The notes: a model not told the origin generated them from the sequence alone. DNA of 64,000 nucleotides from Barthelona sp. PCE (GCA_040285745.1 JAUFOR010000001.1:496001-560000); one strand, 5' to 3'; shown: positions 31,128-42,280, counted from the stretch's first letter. Numbers and translations are program-made.

Positions 31128-32195
31128 ATGAGCTCTGATGATCGATATTCAAGGCTGACTGCGCTTGCGAAAATGGGCATTGTACCTAACTACGAAGAGA
31201 TTCGTGAAAAGACAGTTTTACTTGTTGGTGTCGGTGGTATTGGTTCCACAGCCGCCGAAATGCTCACCAGGTGCGGCGTGGGTAAGCTTATTATGTACGA
31301 CTACGATACAGTTGAGCTTTCTAACATGAATCGACTTTTTTTCCGTCCCAACCAGGCTGGTATGTCCAAGGTTGATGCAGCGCATGAGACTCTGCGTGAG
31401 ATCAACGATGACGTCGTATTTGTGACAAGACACCACAACATTTCAGTCGGTGAAGGTTATATTCAGATGACGGAGGATATCGCCAGGGGTGGTCTGCAGA
31501 ATCAGCAAATCGACCTGTTGTTGTGCTGCGTTGACAACTACCAGGCACGTATTGCCATAAACAGGGCGTGTATCGCGTTGAATCAAGTATGGTATGAGTC
31601 GGGTGTTTCTGAAAGCGCAGTATCCGGTCACATCTCCCTCGTTCTCCCGGGTGTACTGCCGTGCTTTGAGTGCGCCCCGCCGCTCATGGTCGTTGAGGGT
31701 ACTGAAGCGAAGCGCGAAGGCGTTTGTGCAGCGTCTTTATCCACTACAATGGGAATTGTTGCTGGTTTATTAGTTCAAAACTCCTTAAAACTCCTTCTAA
31801 CATTCGGTTCTGTGTCGCGCTATCTCGGATATAACGCTTTGCTCGATTTCTTCCCAATGATAGACATGGAGCGCAACCCAGGTTGTAATGCTTGTTCATC
31901 ATGTGTCTCAGAGCATAAGAGCTGGGATGACTGGGTTGCTGCAAACCACAACCCCCTGGCCGAGCAGAAGGCCGCAGAAGAGAAGGAAAGAACAAAGATT
32001 CAACAAGACAAAATGGCTGAAGAGTTCGGCATCGAGATCATGGAAGATGACGTGGGGGGATCCCTTGCAGTCGAGAACAAGACAGATGGCGTGCAGTACT
32101 CGTTTGTGGCACCAAATGAAGATGATATTGAGAAAGTTCACATTGATGCATCACTTGATGAGCTCGACGCTGAGTTGGCTGGCCTACAACTCTAG
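31128..32195 (+). CDS. UBA5: UFM1-activating enzyme (E1)
   Basis: [28 protein letters not shown] and the catalytic REGVCAASL motif. Confidence 0.93.
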   Translation: MSSDDRYSRLTALAKMGIVPNYEEIREKTVLLVGVGGIGSTAAEMLTRCGVGKLIMYDYDTVELSNMNRLFFRPNQAGMSKVDAAHETLREINDDVVFVTRHHNISVGEGYIQMTEDIARGGLQNQQIDLLLCCVDNYQARIAINRACIALNQVWYESGVSESAVSGHISLVLPGVLPCFECAPPLMVVEGTEAKREGVCAASLSTTMGIVAGLLVQNSLKLLLTFGSVSRYLGYNALLDFFPMIDMERNPGCNACSSCVSEHKSWDDWVAANHNPLAEQKAAEEKERTKIQQDKMAEEFGIEIMEDDVGGSLAVENKTDGVQYSFVAPNEDDIEKVHIDASLDELDAELAGLQL

Positions 32196-32233
32196 TGCAT
32201 TAAAATAAACTGAGATTTACATTATACAAGCTA

Positions 32234-33404
32234 CTAGCGAGCAGACTGACCGAAGGCATCGAAGAATGATGGGTCTACTGCAGTCTTTGCAACAACCTCA
32301 TTATTAACCTTCTGGGTGGTCTTAAACATATCGTCCTGCTCCTTGAGTGTGTTCTGAAGTTTTCTCTTCTCATCTAAAAGCTGACGCTTCCTCAAACGAT
32401 CCATTTTAGTCAGCTCGTTTCTGATACGCTGTTCCTCCTGCGCATGTCTTGCCTCGACATTTCTCTCTGCTTCATCACGCTGTCTCTTCTCCTCAATTTG
32501 ACGCAATTGAACCTGTCTGATTTCATTGAGGTTCTCCTTGCTGAAACCCTTGAACTCGTATGTTACATAGCGATTGTTTTCGTTCAACTGGCGCGACGCA
32601 TCCTCCATGAAGAAGGGAGATGTGTTGATGGCTTCCAGCTCCTGTTTCTTTTGTAAGTCAGATTGGCGCTTTTCCTCGGCCTCCTTATACTTACGCATGT
32701 CAGCAAGAGATGCGTTCTCGTTAAGAACGTTGTTGAGGGCTTCCTTCTGAAGGGAGTTGAACGTTCCTGTGAGTCTTTTCATCTGTTCGTCAAGAGAAAG
32801 AACAAAAGCATCGTAGTTGGCGTTTTGAATACGTTCGGCTTCAGCCTTTGCATTCTTAATGGCAATCTGCTCCTCGCACCACTGCTTCTGCTGTTCGCGT
32901 TGAAGTGCCTCACGCTCTGCTTTACCACGATCTTCACCAGCGAAAATCTGCATGGAAGCAGGACCGAGTTCAGATTCGGGCAATGGCTTCTCCTTCTTGA
33001 GAGCCTCGGGATCGTACAAGTCATAATCGAGTCTGTTCTCCTTCTTCTGATCTTGCATTCTGAAATTTTCAAGTTCAGCGTTGACCCTCCTTCTTTCACG
33101 GTCTATGTCGCGCTGGATCTTGAGGATCTTCTGCTCATTGCTGAGTAATAATTCGTCTAATGCACGATCTTCCATAGCTTCCTTTGCTTCCCTCTGTTTT
33201 CTTTCCTCGACTTGTTGTTGAAGGAAATCGACATCAAGCTAAACGTAAGTGACCCACTTTGCTATTATATGGTAAACATACACCGATTTGCCTAGTTTTG
33301 TCATCCAAAATTCGTTGACGACGTTCTTCAAGCAGTCTGCGACGGTTTGCGATGACCGCCTCTGCCTTTTTTTCCAATTCAATCTGGATTTGTGCACCGT
33401 TCAT
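32234..33404 (-). CDS. RIB43A: RIB43A-like ciliary microtubule inner protein; two exons (33404-33282 and 33238-32234)
   Basis: Splicing out 33239-33281 joins ...RRQRILDDKTRQIG to LDVDFLQQQVEERK..., the RIB43A N-terminal motif. Also DYDLYDP..LKKEKP, GPASMQIFAGED, EFKG and FFDAFGQSAR. Confidence 0.88.
33239..33281 (-). other. 43-nt spliceosomal intron, phase 0
   Basis: Minus strand reads GTATGTTTACC...CACTTACGTTTAG. Removal restores the frame (41 + 21 codons up to the ORF-track Met). Confidence 0.88.
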
Positions 33405-33459
33405 GAGGAAATGAGGTTTAAAAATAGAAACATTGAATTCGTTTTTATTCTCTTAATCC

Positions 33460-34431
33460 ATGTCTACAGATCTCTTTTACCGGGATCAGCACTGTTCTTA
33501 CGTGCGTGAATGTGCGGAAGATAAAGGATCATTGGGATATATTATGACTGCACACATGAAGATGGCTGGTGTTTACTGGGGTGTGTGTACTCTTGAGTTG
33601 CTGAAAACAGAGAATTTCAACTCGGAAGAGCTTGTTTTGTTTATTCAATCATGTTATAATGAAGATGGTGGTTTTGCAGGGACAACAGGGTTAGATAGCC
33701 ACATTTTGTACACACTGTATGCGTTACAGGTGCTTCTTATGATCGGAAGACTCGATATTGTCGATGTAGAACGTACAGTAGGTTATTTGTCCAACTTGCA
33801 CCAGGATGACGGTAGTTTTTCTGGTGATAATTTCGGAGAGATCGACAGCAGATTCTGCTACTGCGGAGTATATGCACTGGCGATCCTTAAGCGATTGGAC
33901 GCAATTAATACTGAGGCGACTGTGGAATATCTCATTCAGTGCAGTAACAGAGATGGCGGATTCGGGTCAATACCATCAGCAGAGTCCCACGGGGGATATA
34001 TCTTCACAGCGGTTGCGTGCCTGGCCATCCTAGATCGACTGGATAAACTTGATCACAGACTCGTCGAATGGCTAATTTGCAGACAGACTGAGACAGGAGG
34101 ATTCCAGGGTAGGCCGGAGAAGTTGCCGGACGTGTGCTACAGCTGGTGGATCATGTCTGCTGTGAAAACTCTCGACGTCCTTGAGTACATTGATGCAGAA
34201 AAGCTGAAGGGTTTCATTCTTCAGGCGCAATACGAGGGTGGTGGTATATCCGACCGCCCTGGCGACCACGTTGACATGTTCCACACCTTCTTTGGCATTG
34301 CAGGTCTGTCGTTGTTGGGAGAGTGTGAACTTGAACCAATAAGTAGTATATACGCTATCCCTCAACGTTTTTCTGAAGCGCATGGTCTTCCTGTTCCAAC
34401 AAGGGAGTTTACAATTCACCACGGAGTTTAG
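33460..34431 (+). CDS. RABGGTB: Rab geranylgeranyltransferase beta subunit
   Basis: Prenyltransferase repeats: HMKMAGVYWG, DSHILYT, GEIDSRF, ESHGG, GRPEKLPDVCYSWW and DMFHTFFGIAGLSL. Confidence 0.93.
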   Translation: MSTDLFYRDQHCSYVRECAEDKGSLGYIMTAHMKMAGVYWGVCTLELLKTENFNSEELVLFIQSCYNEDGGFAGTTGLDSHILYTLYALQVLLMIGRLDIVDVERTVGYLSNLHQDDGSFSGDNFGEIDSRFCYCGVYALAILKRLDAINTEATVEYLIQCSNRDGGFGSIPSAESHGGYIFTAVACLAILDRLDKLDHRLVEWLICRQTETGGFQGRPEKLPDVCYSWWIMSAVKTLDVLEYIDAEKLKGFILQAQYEGGGISDRPGDHVDMFHTFFGIAGLSLLGECELEPISSIYAIPQRFSEAHGLPVPTREFTIHHGV

Positions 34432-35773
34432 CAAGCTCAATATTCATCTTTGATACCAACAATTCATACCCATTTCTTTCTTGAGTAACAGAAGCAAGTT
34501 GTTCTCTCATTTTTCTGATCTCCGATTCGAGTTGCTGCACCCTTACAGGAGTCTGAGCTTGGATCTGACGTGCACTCTGGAGAACAGCAAGTAAAATTTC
34601 TGACGAGTCATCGCACTCTGTCTTAACATCTGAGAGTTTCTTACGATGTATATCAATGGTGCTTTTGAGGGCGGACAGCTCCTCACGCAATAAAACATTC
34701 TTACTTTCTTCCTTCAGCACAGTTTCTTCAGCATTCTTCAATTGAGACACCAAGTGTTCATTTCTCTCTTTCAACTCATTTCTTTCCATTTCCAAGGCAG
34801 GGACACGCTTCAGCATCTCGTCTAACTGGGCCATACGCTCTAAACACTCTTCCAATCCATCAACTAATCTCCCAAATTCTTCACGGCTTGTTTTCAGCTT
34901 ACTTTCATAATCATCAACTTGTTGCCTGCTTTGTATCTTTAGGTTATTATATTTGCTCACAGCATGGTCGTATTTGACCCTCATATCTTCTGATTCTTCT
35001 TTTATCCTCTTATTAGCTTTATCTATCTCATTAATATGTCTAGAAATATCTATATTAGATTGTTTTTCTTCATTTCTAGCCTTCAGGACCTCGTTTTCAT
35101 TGGTTAAATCCTGTATCATATCAAGAGCATCCTGAAGTTCATCATTTTCCTTATATCGTTCACCGACTTGTCTTGCTACCGAATACATCTTGACAATGGC
35201 GTCAATAAGGCGTATAAACGGGGCGGAAAACGTCTTTGCCTCTTTGAATTCAACTGACATGAGCTGATTCAACAAGGCTTTTCTTTTTTTAATCTCATCA
35301 CTATCTTCAGTAAAGAAAAGATCGTCATCGTCCTCTTCATCATCATCAATGGGCTCGGGCGGGAGGAAAGCGTTCTCGTTAATTGAAATAGACCCTAAAA
35401 CAATCTCTTGTAAATCACTAACAAGGGTTGTGACTGGATTCTGTGATATTTGGGTTTCAATAGCAGATTCAGAGGTCGAAAACTGGCGGTGGAGTTCGAG
35501 ATCGGTCGGTGTGAAGTCTGAATTGAGTGGAGTGAGACGGAATGTCTTTGAAAATTGTTCTGTCTTGCTTTCAACGTATTGAATGATATTCTCAATCTGT
35601 AAAGCATAAACATCCCCAAGAGACTGATTTGCAGAGATGATGCTTGCAAACGCACAAGTTTTCTCCATTAAACTGTTTGTTAATTCCTGAATTGCATCAA
35701 TCATTGCTGTTTTGCCTTCATTGACAGCGTTAGATCGCGCCAACTGCTGTTCTAAAACAGTTTTGCTCACCAT
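34409..35773 (-). CDS. Coiled-coil hypothetical protein
   Basis: 454-aa ORF with a heptad-rich C-terminal half; overlaps the RABGGTB 3' end by 23 bp. Confidence 0.75.
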   Translation of the reverse strand: MVSKTVLEQQLARSNAVNEGKTAMIDAIQELTNSLMEKTCAFASIISANQSLGDVYALQIENIIQYVESKTEQFSKTFRLTPLNSDFTPTDLELHRQFSTSESAIETQISQNPVTTLVSDLQEIVLGSISINENAFLPPEPIDDDEEDDDDLFFTEDSDEIKKRKALLNQLMSVEFKEAKTFSAPFIRLIDAIVKMYSVARQVGERYKENDELQDALDMIQDLTNENEVLKARNEEKQSNIDISRHINEIDKANKRIKEESEDMRVKYDHAVSKYNNLKIQSRQQVDDYESKLKTSREEFGRLVDGLEECLERMAQLDEMLKRVPALEMERNELKERNEHLVSQLKNAEETVLKEESKNVLLREELSALKSTIDIHRKKLSDVKTECDDSSEILLAVLQSARQIQAQTPVRVQQLESEIRKMREQLASVTQERNGYELLVSKMNIELAKLRGEL

Positions 35774-36213
35774 TTATAGGAAGCGGGTGGACGGAAGCGG
35801 GTGAAAAATGAATAACATAATTGTTTTTAATAGTAGATTCTCTGGGTAATCAATGGCGTGTAAAATATGTATAGGCGTGTAAAATTAGCATTTCATCCAT
35901 AAAATACATGGTGAAAAAAAGTTTGGTTGAAGCAGGCGTAATTGTTGGAGCAACTGTTTCAAATTTTGAGAATTTATGTGGTTAATTACTCGAAACTTTT
36001 CCTTAATCCATAATTTATTGGCCGAACACTGTACATTGAATAGATTCATTACTGATTCCTCCAAGTGGGATTCAGGTTATTGAATACCCATATTCGGATG
36101 CTCACTGTAAAATGAAATCTTTCATCGCTATTATTTGAACATATACCGTGCTTACATAATTCTTTTCCTTTTTTCATAATTTAATGTCCTGGACATGAAA
36201 GACCTTATAAGTA

Positions 36214-37962
36214 ATGAATAGCTCAATGTCCACATCCAAGCTGTCAAGCGTGGCTAACTTGAGAATGGATTCTAACGATGATTCTGAACTGGTTGTCAGC
36301 TCACAGATTGCTGACTTTTTTGATACAGTTGCTCACGGTTACACGATGGATGGGAAGAAGGTACCTGATTGGGTATCTGCACTTGCACGTGATTATTTTG
36401 AAATTTTACCACATTCAACAGATAAGCGATCGTTATATTCCACAATGAATGATCTAGTCCAGCTTTCTATGCAGAATAACCACCTGGAACTAGATTTTTC
36501 CGTCATTAATAATTTGTTCGAAGATGAGCGAAGCACTACTGCAATGAACCGCATAAAGAGAAAGATATCAAGCCTACAAGGATCGTTTGATCACATCAAC
36601 AAGCAGATGCTGACGATCAACCACAATGTACAATTGAAGAGGCAACGCATAAAGAGGTTGGATGTTGCAAAGGCTGTATTGAAGAATCGCACAAACAGCA
36701 GATGGTCCCCCATCGCAAAATCCATCTCTTCAAAAAGCTTTAATAAGATTTTAGGGAAGGAGACGACTCAAAAACGGTTGATACACTCTCAACTGTTTCG
36801 ATATTGCAGGAATTCGGACTTGGCGTTTGTGCAACGTGTTATGACGGAAATATCAACCATATCAGGGCTTAAGGACTACATGGGGAACAGCATATTCCAC
36901 ATTATTGCAGAAACTGGTTCAGTTGAGGTTTACAAATTTTTTCAGAAACGCTTTAAGTTCTATGAGCTCGAAAGAGGAATGATCAACGCCAGGAACTATG
37001 AGAGGAAGCTCCCCCTACACGTAGCAATCGAAAACAGACACGTACAGTTGTGCGAATATCTCATGGCCGACACACTCAATTTGAATGCGGTGGATGGGAG
37101 CAATACAACGTTTTTAATGTGTGCTGTCGGTTCCAACATGCCCACGATTGTCGAGGCGTTGCTCATCAGAGGTGTAGACATGACGAAACAGGACAGCGAG
37201 GGTAACACAGCGCTACATCACGCTGTTATCTTTCAGGTGCCTGATATGATTGAGTTATTGATAGGAGAGAAGGTGTGCAAGATACAGTACCTAAACAAAC
37301 AGGGATATGACGTGCTTCATCTGGCGGTCCTGAACAAGAGTTACAATATGTGCGAGATGCTTCTAAAATTCGGGCTAGATGTTAATGGACATACGTCAAC
37401 CGGTGCTACAGCGTTGCATCTCGCGACACGCGGTGGCAGCACGCGTATAGTGCGCCTCTTACTGAGCTATGGAGCAAACGTCAACCTTGTTGACAACTTC
37501 GGTTGGTCTGTCTTGCATGAGGCGGCTGCGAGCTCTAAGAGTAACAGAAAGGTTGTCAAGCGATTGTTGGATGCGGGCGCAGTCGTCACACACTTTGACC
37601 GGTTTTCTCATTCGGCTTACGAGATCAGCAACGCCAACACAATTAGAAAGTGTTTGCTCGACGCAACTTTGGAGGAAAGTGCCAATATTCGTGGCATCAA
37701 GGAGAAATTGGAAAGGAAAAAGACACAGAGGAGGAACCATGGAAGTAATATGCAAAAAGTCATAATGAGTAATGTGTTTACCGAGTTTCAAGAAGATTTT
37801 GGAATTGCTCACTCGACCTTTGTATCTCCCTCTGGTTCCATGTCTAACTTAAACGTTGACCTCGTCTTAGCCTCACCAAAGGTACCCGAAATGACAGAAA
37901 ATATGGAAAAAACGGCCGACAAACGTCCATTTACACCTACAACTTTACCAGAGCTACTGTAA
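36214..37962 (+). CDS. Ankyrin repeat protein
   Basis: Multiple G.T(A/P)LH.A...LL..GA.VN repeats. Confidence 0.9.
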   Translation: MNSSMSTSKLSSVANLRMDSNDDSELVVSSQIADFFDTVAHGYTMDGKKVPDWVSALARDYFEILPHSTDKRSLYSTMNDLVQLSMQNNHLELDFSVINNLFEDERSTTAMNRIKRKISSLQGSFDHINKQMLTINHNVQLKRQRIKRLDVAKAVLKNRTNSRWSPIAKSISSKSFNKILGKETTQKRLIHSQLFRYCRNSDLAFVQRVMTEISTISGLKDYMGNSIFHIIAETGSVEVYKFFQKRFKFYELERGMINARNYERKLPLHVAIENRHVQLCEYLMADTLNLNAVDGSNTTFLMCAVGSNMPTIVEALLIRGVDMTKQDSEGNTALHHAVIFQVPDMIELLIGEKVCKIQYLNKQGYDVLHLAVLNKSYNMCEMLLKFGLDVNGHTSTGATALHLATRGGSTRIVRLLLSYGANVNLVDNFGWSVLHEAAASSKSNRKVVKRLLDAGAVVTHFDRFSHSAYEISNANTIRKCLLDATLEESANIRGIKEKLERKKTQRRNHGSNMQKVIMSNVFTEFQEDFGIAHSTFVSPSGSMSNLNVDLVLASPKVPEMTENMEKTADKRPFTPTTLPELL

Positions 37963-38031
37963 TCAAATCTCCGCTTCTCTATTGTAAATACAGCATTGCG
38001 TAATGTTTATTGCTAACTGTAGAGTGACTGA

Positions 38032-38823
38032 CTAGCAGAGGGAGTTGAGGGAGAGAATATTGATGTACTTAATGGCCCACTCTTCAAATTTACGTGAAGC
38101 AGGCTTGTAATCAACATCAACAATACGAACGATGGGCTCCTCACCCTCGTTCCAACTTACAAAAACTGAAAGATCACAGAACGTTCTGAAAGCCATGAAG
38201 CGAAGAATTTGCATGACATGAGCTGGCATGTTATCGATGTCTAAATCATTAAGGAGCTGCTTCTCTTCGTTAGATAGGGCGTTGTACCTGTCGCGGGCCT
38301 CGATAGGGGTCCATCCGGTGAATGTGCTGTGTTGAGCGTAAACAATAGCTGGGATAACAGAAGAATGGAAAAGAGTGTCTGCAACACATGAAGTATCAAA
38401 GTCAAATTCATCAGTGCTCACTCCACCCTTGAAGAATCGCAAATTGTTTTGGGGTTGATAGCGAAGATTGGTAAGTGATTCTTCAATGCCAGCTATTGTA
38501 TTTGAGGCAAAAACAAAAGGATCATAGTTTGTGACAGCGTTGATCTTGCCCTTGGCGAGCTTGCTAATTTGTTGTAACTGGAAAAGGGATTTCTTATTGC
38601 CACGCTCCTTGACAATGTGGATGAGAGCCTTGGGCTTTAACTCTACTGCGTTCTCGTAATTGGCAATGTAGTCAGGCATGGTGATGCTATTATCTTCGAC
38701 GCTGACTTCCCAATCATCGAAAAAACGAGGAAGAAAATGATACATAACGACTTCATCGAAGAACTTCTTTTGGATGGAGACAACGGGTCTCTTGTCGTCG
38801 AAAACTTTGGTGAAACTGGACAT
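38032..38823 (-). CDS. IPK1: Inositol-pentakisphosphate 2-kinase-like
   Basis: VELKPK, YDP..FAS, QNNLRFF, TFCDLSV and VDVDYKP match the IPK1 motif series. Confidence 0.75.
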   Translation of the reverse strand: MSSFTKVFDDKRPVVSIQKKFFDEVVMYHFLPRFFDDWEVSVEDNSITMPDYIANYENAVELKPKALIHIVKERGNKKSLFQLQQISKLAKGKINAVTNYDPFVFASNTIAGIEESLTNLRYQPQNNLRFFKGGVSTDEFDFDTSCVADTLFHSSVIPAIVYAQHSTFTGWTPIEARDRYNALSNEEKQLLNDLDIDNMPAHVMQILRFMAFRTFCDLSVFVSWNEGEEPIVRIVDVDYKPASRKFEEWAIKYINILSLNSLC

Positions 38824-39017
38824 ATTGTGTGATAGGGGAGGAAAAAACTTTACATCTGTGTAGTTTCATAATTGATACCTCCGTGTTCACAACCCCGATA
38901 ATAGGTGATTTTGAAGGCTTAAATGTATGCAGGAACCATAAACAAGCAAACAAAACACTTTTTCACTGAATCACAAATTTTACTCATAAAATAAGGTTAA
39001 ATAGGTATTTAAACTAC

Positions 39018-40814
39018 CTATTCGTTAAGACACAAGTCCTCTAACTGAACAATGAACCATTCAGCTTCATCTATTCCTGCTGAAAAAAGATCATACTCAA
39101 CTGCAGTAGTTTTCTCAAATTTTCTTGTTTCCACATTGAGCTTAGAATTATAAATCTTAAACTTACCATTATCCATAGTTCCAACAGAAGAAAGACACAT
39201 ACGCTCATAAGAAGTGGCGAATTGTGTTGGAATTGGATTCCAAGGTACTTGGTATAAAAATTGCCAACCATCATCACATATGACAAATAATTTTCCACTC
39301 AGAAATATTAGTGTTTCAGAAATAAAACACACTGAATCTTGGAAACTAAAGGGTTCTCTTTGTATTTTTACCACTGAATCGTTATGAATTTCATCCAAAA
39401 CAGGCAACTCAATCATATAAACTGATTCTTCACCGTATCCCAAGAATATAGTACTGCTGTACGGATTGGCTTCTAGTGAGTACATCCCTCCTTCGTGAGG
39501 AATTGAATGAATCAGAGCGAAGGTATTAGATAAAATATAGAAATGGTTTCTTCCTAAAAGAATAAATCGATCACCTTGCTTGACTGCACAGTTCATCACA
39601 TCCAAGCCCGTGAGCCTGTGTTGTGAATCGTGAGTCTTAATTACTAGATCGTCGCCGCACTTCAAAAACAAGTAAAGTTCTCCTTCATGCTCACATGAGA
39701 AGTAATCATCGAAATCTATATCACACACCCATTTCGGTCTATCTCGCGGGTAGAATACTGTGTGAAGCTTGTTCCTCTTAAAAAAAATTGCTGAATGTGA
39801 TTTTGGGAGGGGGGCAAAAAAAGTGAATTTTGGGAGTGTGAACTTTGGATAAACAATGAATTTGCCTCTGGCGACGTCATAGTATACCGTGCTGTCAGTT
39901 ATTGATAGTAGAGGGAACCCACGCGAGAAAGAAATTATTGCATTAGTTGAGCAGCTAGTCATAATGTTTTCAACCGCTTCTATGTCATATTTCACGACTT
40001 TTCCCTTCTTCACTGCGAACAACGGCGTGTCAATGGGCTGGAACGGATTTAATTTCCTTGAGTGTGATAAAAACTGACTCTTTTTGAATCGTTGATTGAC
40101 CATTACACGCGTTTTGTTGTGCAAGTCATAAAAAGAACAGCCCTTATCATGTAAAAGCCCAATGAAGTGCCGGTCGTCATGAGAAAATGAGAATGCACCG
40201 TTCGCATACGAGTCGCATGCGCTTTCCATTTCGTAATGTTCCATTCTACCATCTGTCCGCAGTAAAGTAATTGTGGTTGGGGTGCGGATGAGTTGGGTGT
40301 CACTGAAGAGATCACCAAAGCAAATTTGTGTTATATTATTGTTGAAGGTGCTCAAGCAAAAATTCATGTCGATGAAAGTCATGGTCTCCCTATCTAAATA
40401 TGATAATGAGTCTTCACAGGAGACAATCAGCGTGCTGTTCGTTCTTGTTTGATTCAGAATTCTTGTTTTGTTTAGGGTTTGAGTTGTAGCATTGTGCAGA
40501 TCAACTAGGTTCGTTTTTCGGTTCTCAGTGTTGGTAAATGCAACGTACCGCCTGTCTATGACATGTATCGTTCGAATACGTCCATATTCCCATGGACATT
40601 CTGATATTTCATGTAAAATTAGGCTCTGATCCTCTACTACGTAAAACTGTAATTTAATCTTATCTGTTGTGGTGTCTACACTGACATGTACAAGTTCAGA
40701 TGTATGATAACACATCTGAAGAGGATACACATGCCAATTCAGGTCACAATGACTGAAAGAAAACGAAGTAGGCCCATTAAAGCTATCGTTCTTGAATAGA
40801 ACTTCGTCTAACAT
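39018..40814 (-). CDS. Hypothetical protein, ~600-aa divergent beta-rich family
   Basis: 598-aa ORF; ANPY...CFISETLIF...YDLF...AEWFIV. Confidence 0.75.
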   Translation of the reverse strand: MLDEVLFKNDSFNGPTSFSFSHCDLNWHVYPLQMCYHTSELVHVSVDTTTDKIKLQFYVVEDQSLILHEISECPWEYGRIRTIHVIDRRYVAFTNTENRKTNLVDLHNATTQTLNKTRILNQTRTNSTLIVSCEDSLSYLDRETMTFIDMNFCLSTFNNNITQICFGDLFSDTQLIRTPTTITLLRTDGRMEHYEMESACDSYANGAFSFSHDDRHFIGLLHDKGCSFYDLHNKTRVMVNQRFKKSQFLSHSRKLNPFQPIDTPLFAVKKGKVVKYDIEAVENIMTSCSTNAIISFSRGFPLLSITDSTVYYDVARGKFIVYPKFTLPKFTFFAPLPKSHSAIFFKRNKLHTVFYPRDRPKWVCDIDFDDYFSCEHEGELYLFLKCGDDLVIKTHDSQHRLTGLDVMNCAVKQGDRFILLGRNHFYILSNTFALIHSIPHEGGMYSLEANPYSSTIFLGYGEESVYMIELPVLDEIHNDSVVKIQREPFSFQDSVCFISETLIFLSGKLFVICDDGWQFLYQVPWNPIPTQFATSYERMCLSSVGTMDNGKFKIYNSKLNVETRKFEKTTAVEYDLFSAGIDEAEWFIVQLEDLCLNE

Positions 40815-40997
40815 GGTGTATCTTTCTGAATAAAGAGAAAAATGCGAAGTAAGGAATGATCCATGCTTGTATTCACGGATGTTTTAGATTGTGGGTTTGA
40901 TTCAAAACGGAGCATTGTATCGTGTTGTGACCAATGAAATGATCATACATAAACACTCTTTACAATACTATCTGAATTATTTCCTTTTTGGGCAATT

Positions 40998-41849
40998 TTA
41001 TTCAATTTTCGTTCGCTTCATAAGTTCAGGGTTGCTTGATACCATGTCATACAAATCAAGATGCATTTTGGGAGTTTCTATGAGCATTAAATTACTGATG
41101 TGAAGGTTCAGCGTCAGTCTCAGTGAAATACTCTGATCTAACAGAGCAATAGCCTGCTCTTTCTGAGCAGCAAGAGTGTTTTTCATCTTTTCTGTATCAG
41201 TAAGACATGAATTCAAACGATTCATAACTTCATTGTCATTATCGATGTCGTCAGACAAAATTGCGTCAATCTCTGCAAGGAAGTCCTTGAACTCAGAGTC
41301 TAACTTCTCTTGATCTTGATCTTCATCAGGAAAAACGGTTGTTTTTTCAGTTTTCTGAATTTTCATTGGTATTTCAGTTGAACTTGCAATGTTCTTAGTT
41401 TTCAGCTGAGTTGCCCACGACAGGGGCTTGTTAAGGAAGTTTAGAGGCATGGGTTTTAATGTTTTAATATTAAAACTCTCATTAGTGTTTTTTGTTACAA
41501 CATTCATAGGTTTTGGAAGATCGGCCAGGAGCTTCGGGGAAGCAAATTGGATCTTGGACTTGGGTGCTGATTTCATGGGGATGACTGGAGGAATTGTAGG
41601 AGTTGAAAGCTCGAGCTTTTTTGGGGTGACAAACATTTCATTGTTGATTTCAGTAGTTTTCTTATTTGGAGGGATGTAATCGGATGTATCGGATGAGTTA
41701 AGGGTACTACTTATGCTTTGAAAGTCAAAAGATTCTGGAAAACTGGATGTAGGAGTGTTTGAACGATTCATATCAAAACTAAACGATGCAAAGCCTTCAG
41801 TTGACTCTTTCTGGGTCTCATTTGCGTCTACGTTAAGGTTAAAATCCAT
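40998..41849 (-). CDS. Hypothetical Ser/Pro-rich protein with C-terminal coiled coil
   Basis: 283-aa ATG-started ORF filling the gap between genes. Confidence 0.65.
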   Translation of the reverse strand: MDFNLNVDANETQKESTEGFASFSFDMNRSNTPTSSFPESFDFQSISSTLNSSDTSDYIPPNKKTTEINNEMFVTPKKLELSTPTIPPVIPMKSAPKSKIQFASPKLLADLPKPMNVVTKNTNESFNIKTLKPMPLNFLNKPLSWATQLKTKNIASSTEIPMKIQKTEKTTVFPDEDQDQEKLDSEFKDFLAEIDAILSDDIDNDNEVMNRLNSCLTDTEKMKNTLAAQKEQAIALLDQSISLRLTLNLHISNLMLIETPKMHLDLYDMVSSNPELMKRTKIE

Positions 41850-42280
41850 TATATAAAAAAATAAAGGGAGAAAATGTGAAGGCAGGTTTTACAAATTTTC
41901 TTGTAGATTTGTTTAAAAATGTACATATATATACGAAAATCAGGCGAATTTGGTGGATTCATGTGCAGCTACACGGTAGTATTATTTTTCAGACCACTAT
42001 TCAAAGGTGCCATATCGGTTTTGCTTCTATTAACGCTTATTTGAATTTTTACTTCAGTTATCATGTGTAAATACAGCAAAGTGCTGCTATACACACTATT
42101 CAATATCTTTAAGGATTGTTCAGTCTTGCAATTTGTTTTTTTACTTTAACAAAGTCTTTTGTACTGTATGTTGTGAAAATGAGCTTGTTGGCCTATGCGC
42201 GCTTCATATAGAGCGTGCGCGTGTGCAAAAAATGGCTTTTTAGGAATTTTTTAGAAGTTTCTTACACTTAGATTTGAAAT

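Noticed and set aside
33288-33509. 73-aa plus-strand ORF
   Set aside because: It is antisense to RIB43A exon 1.
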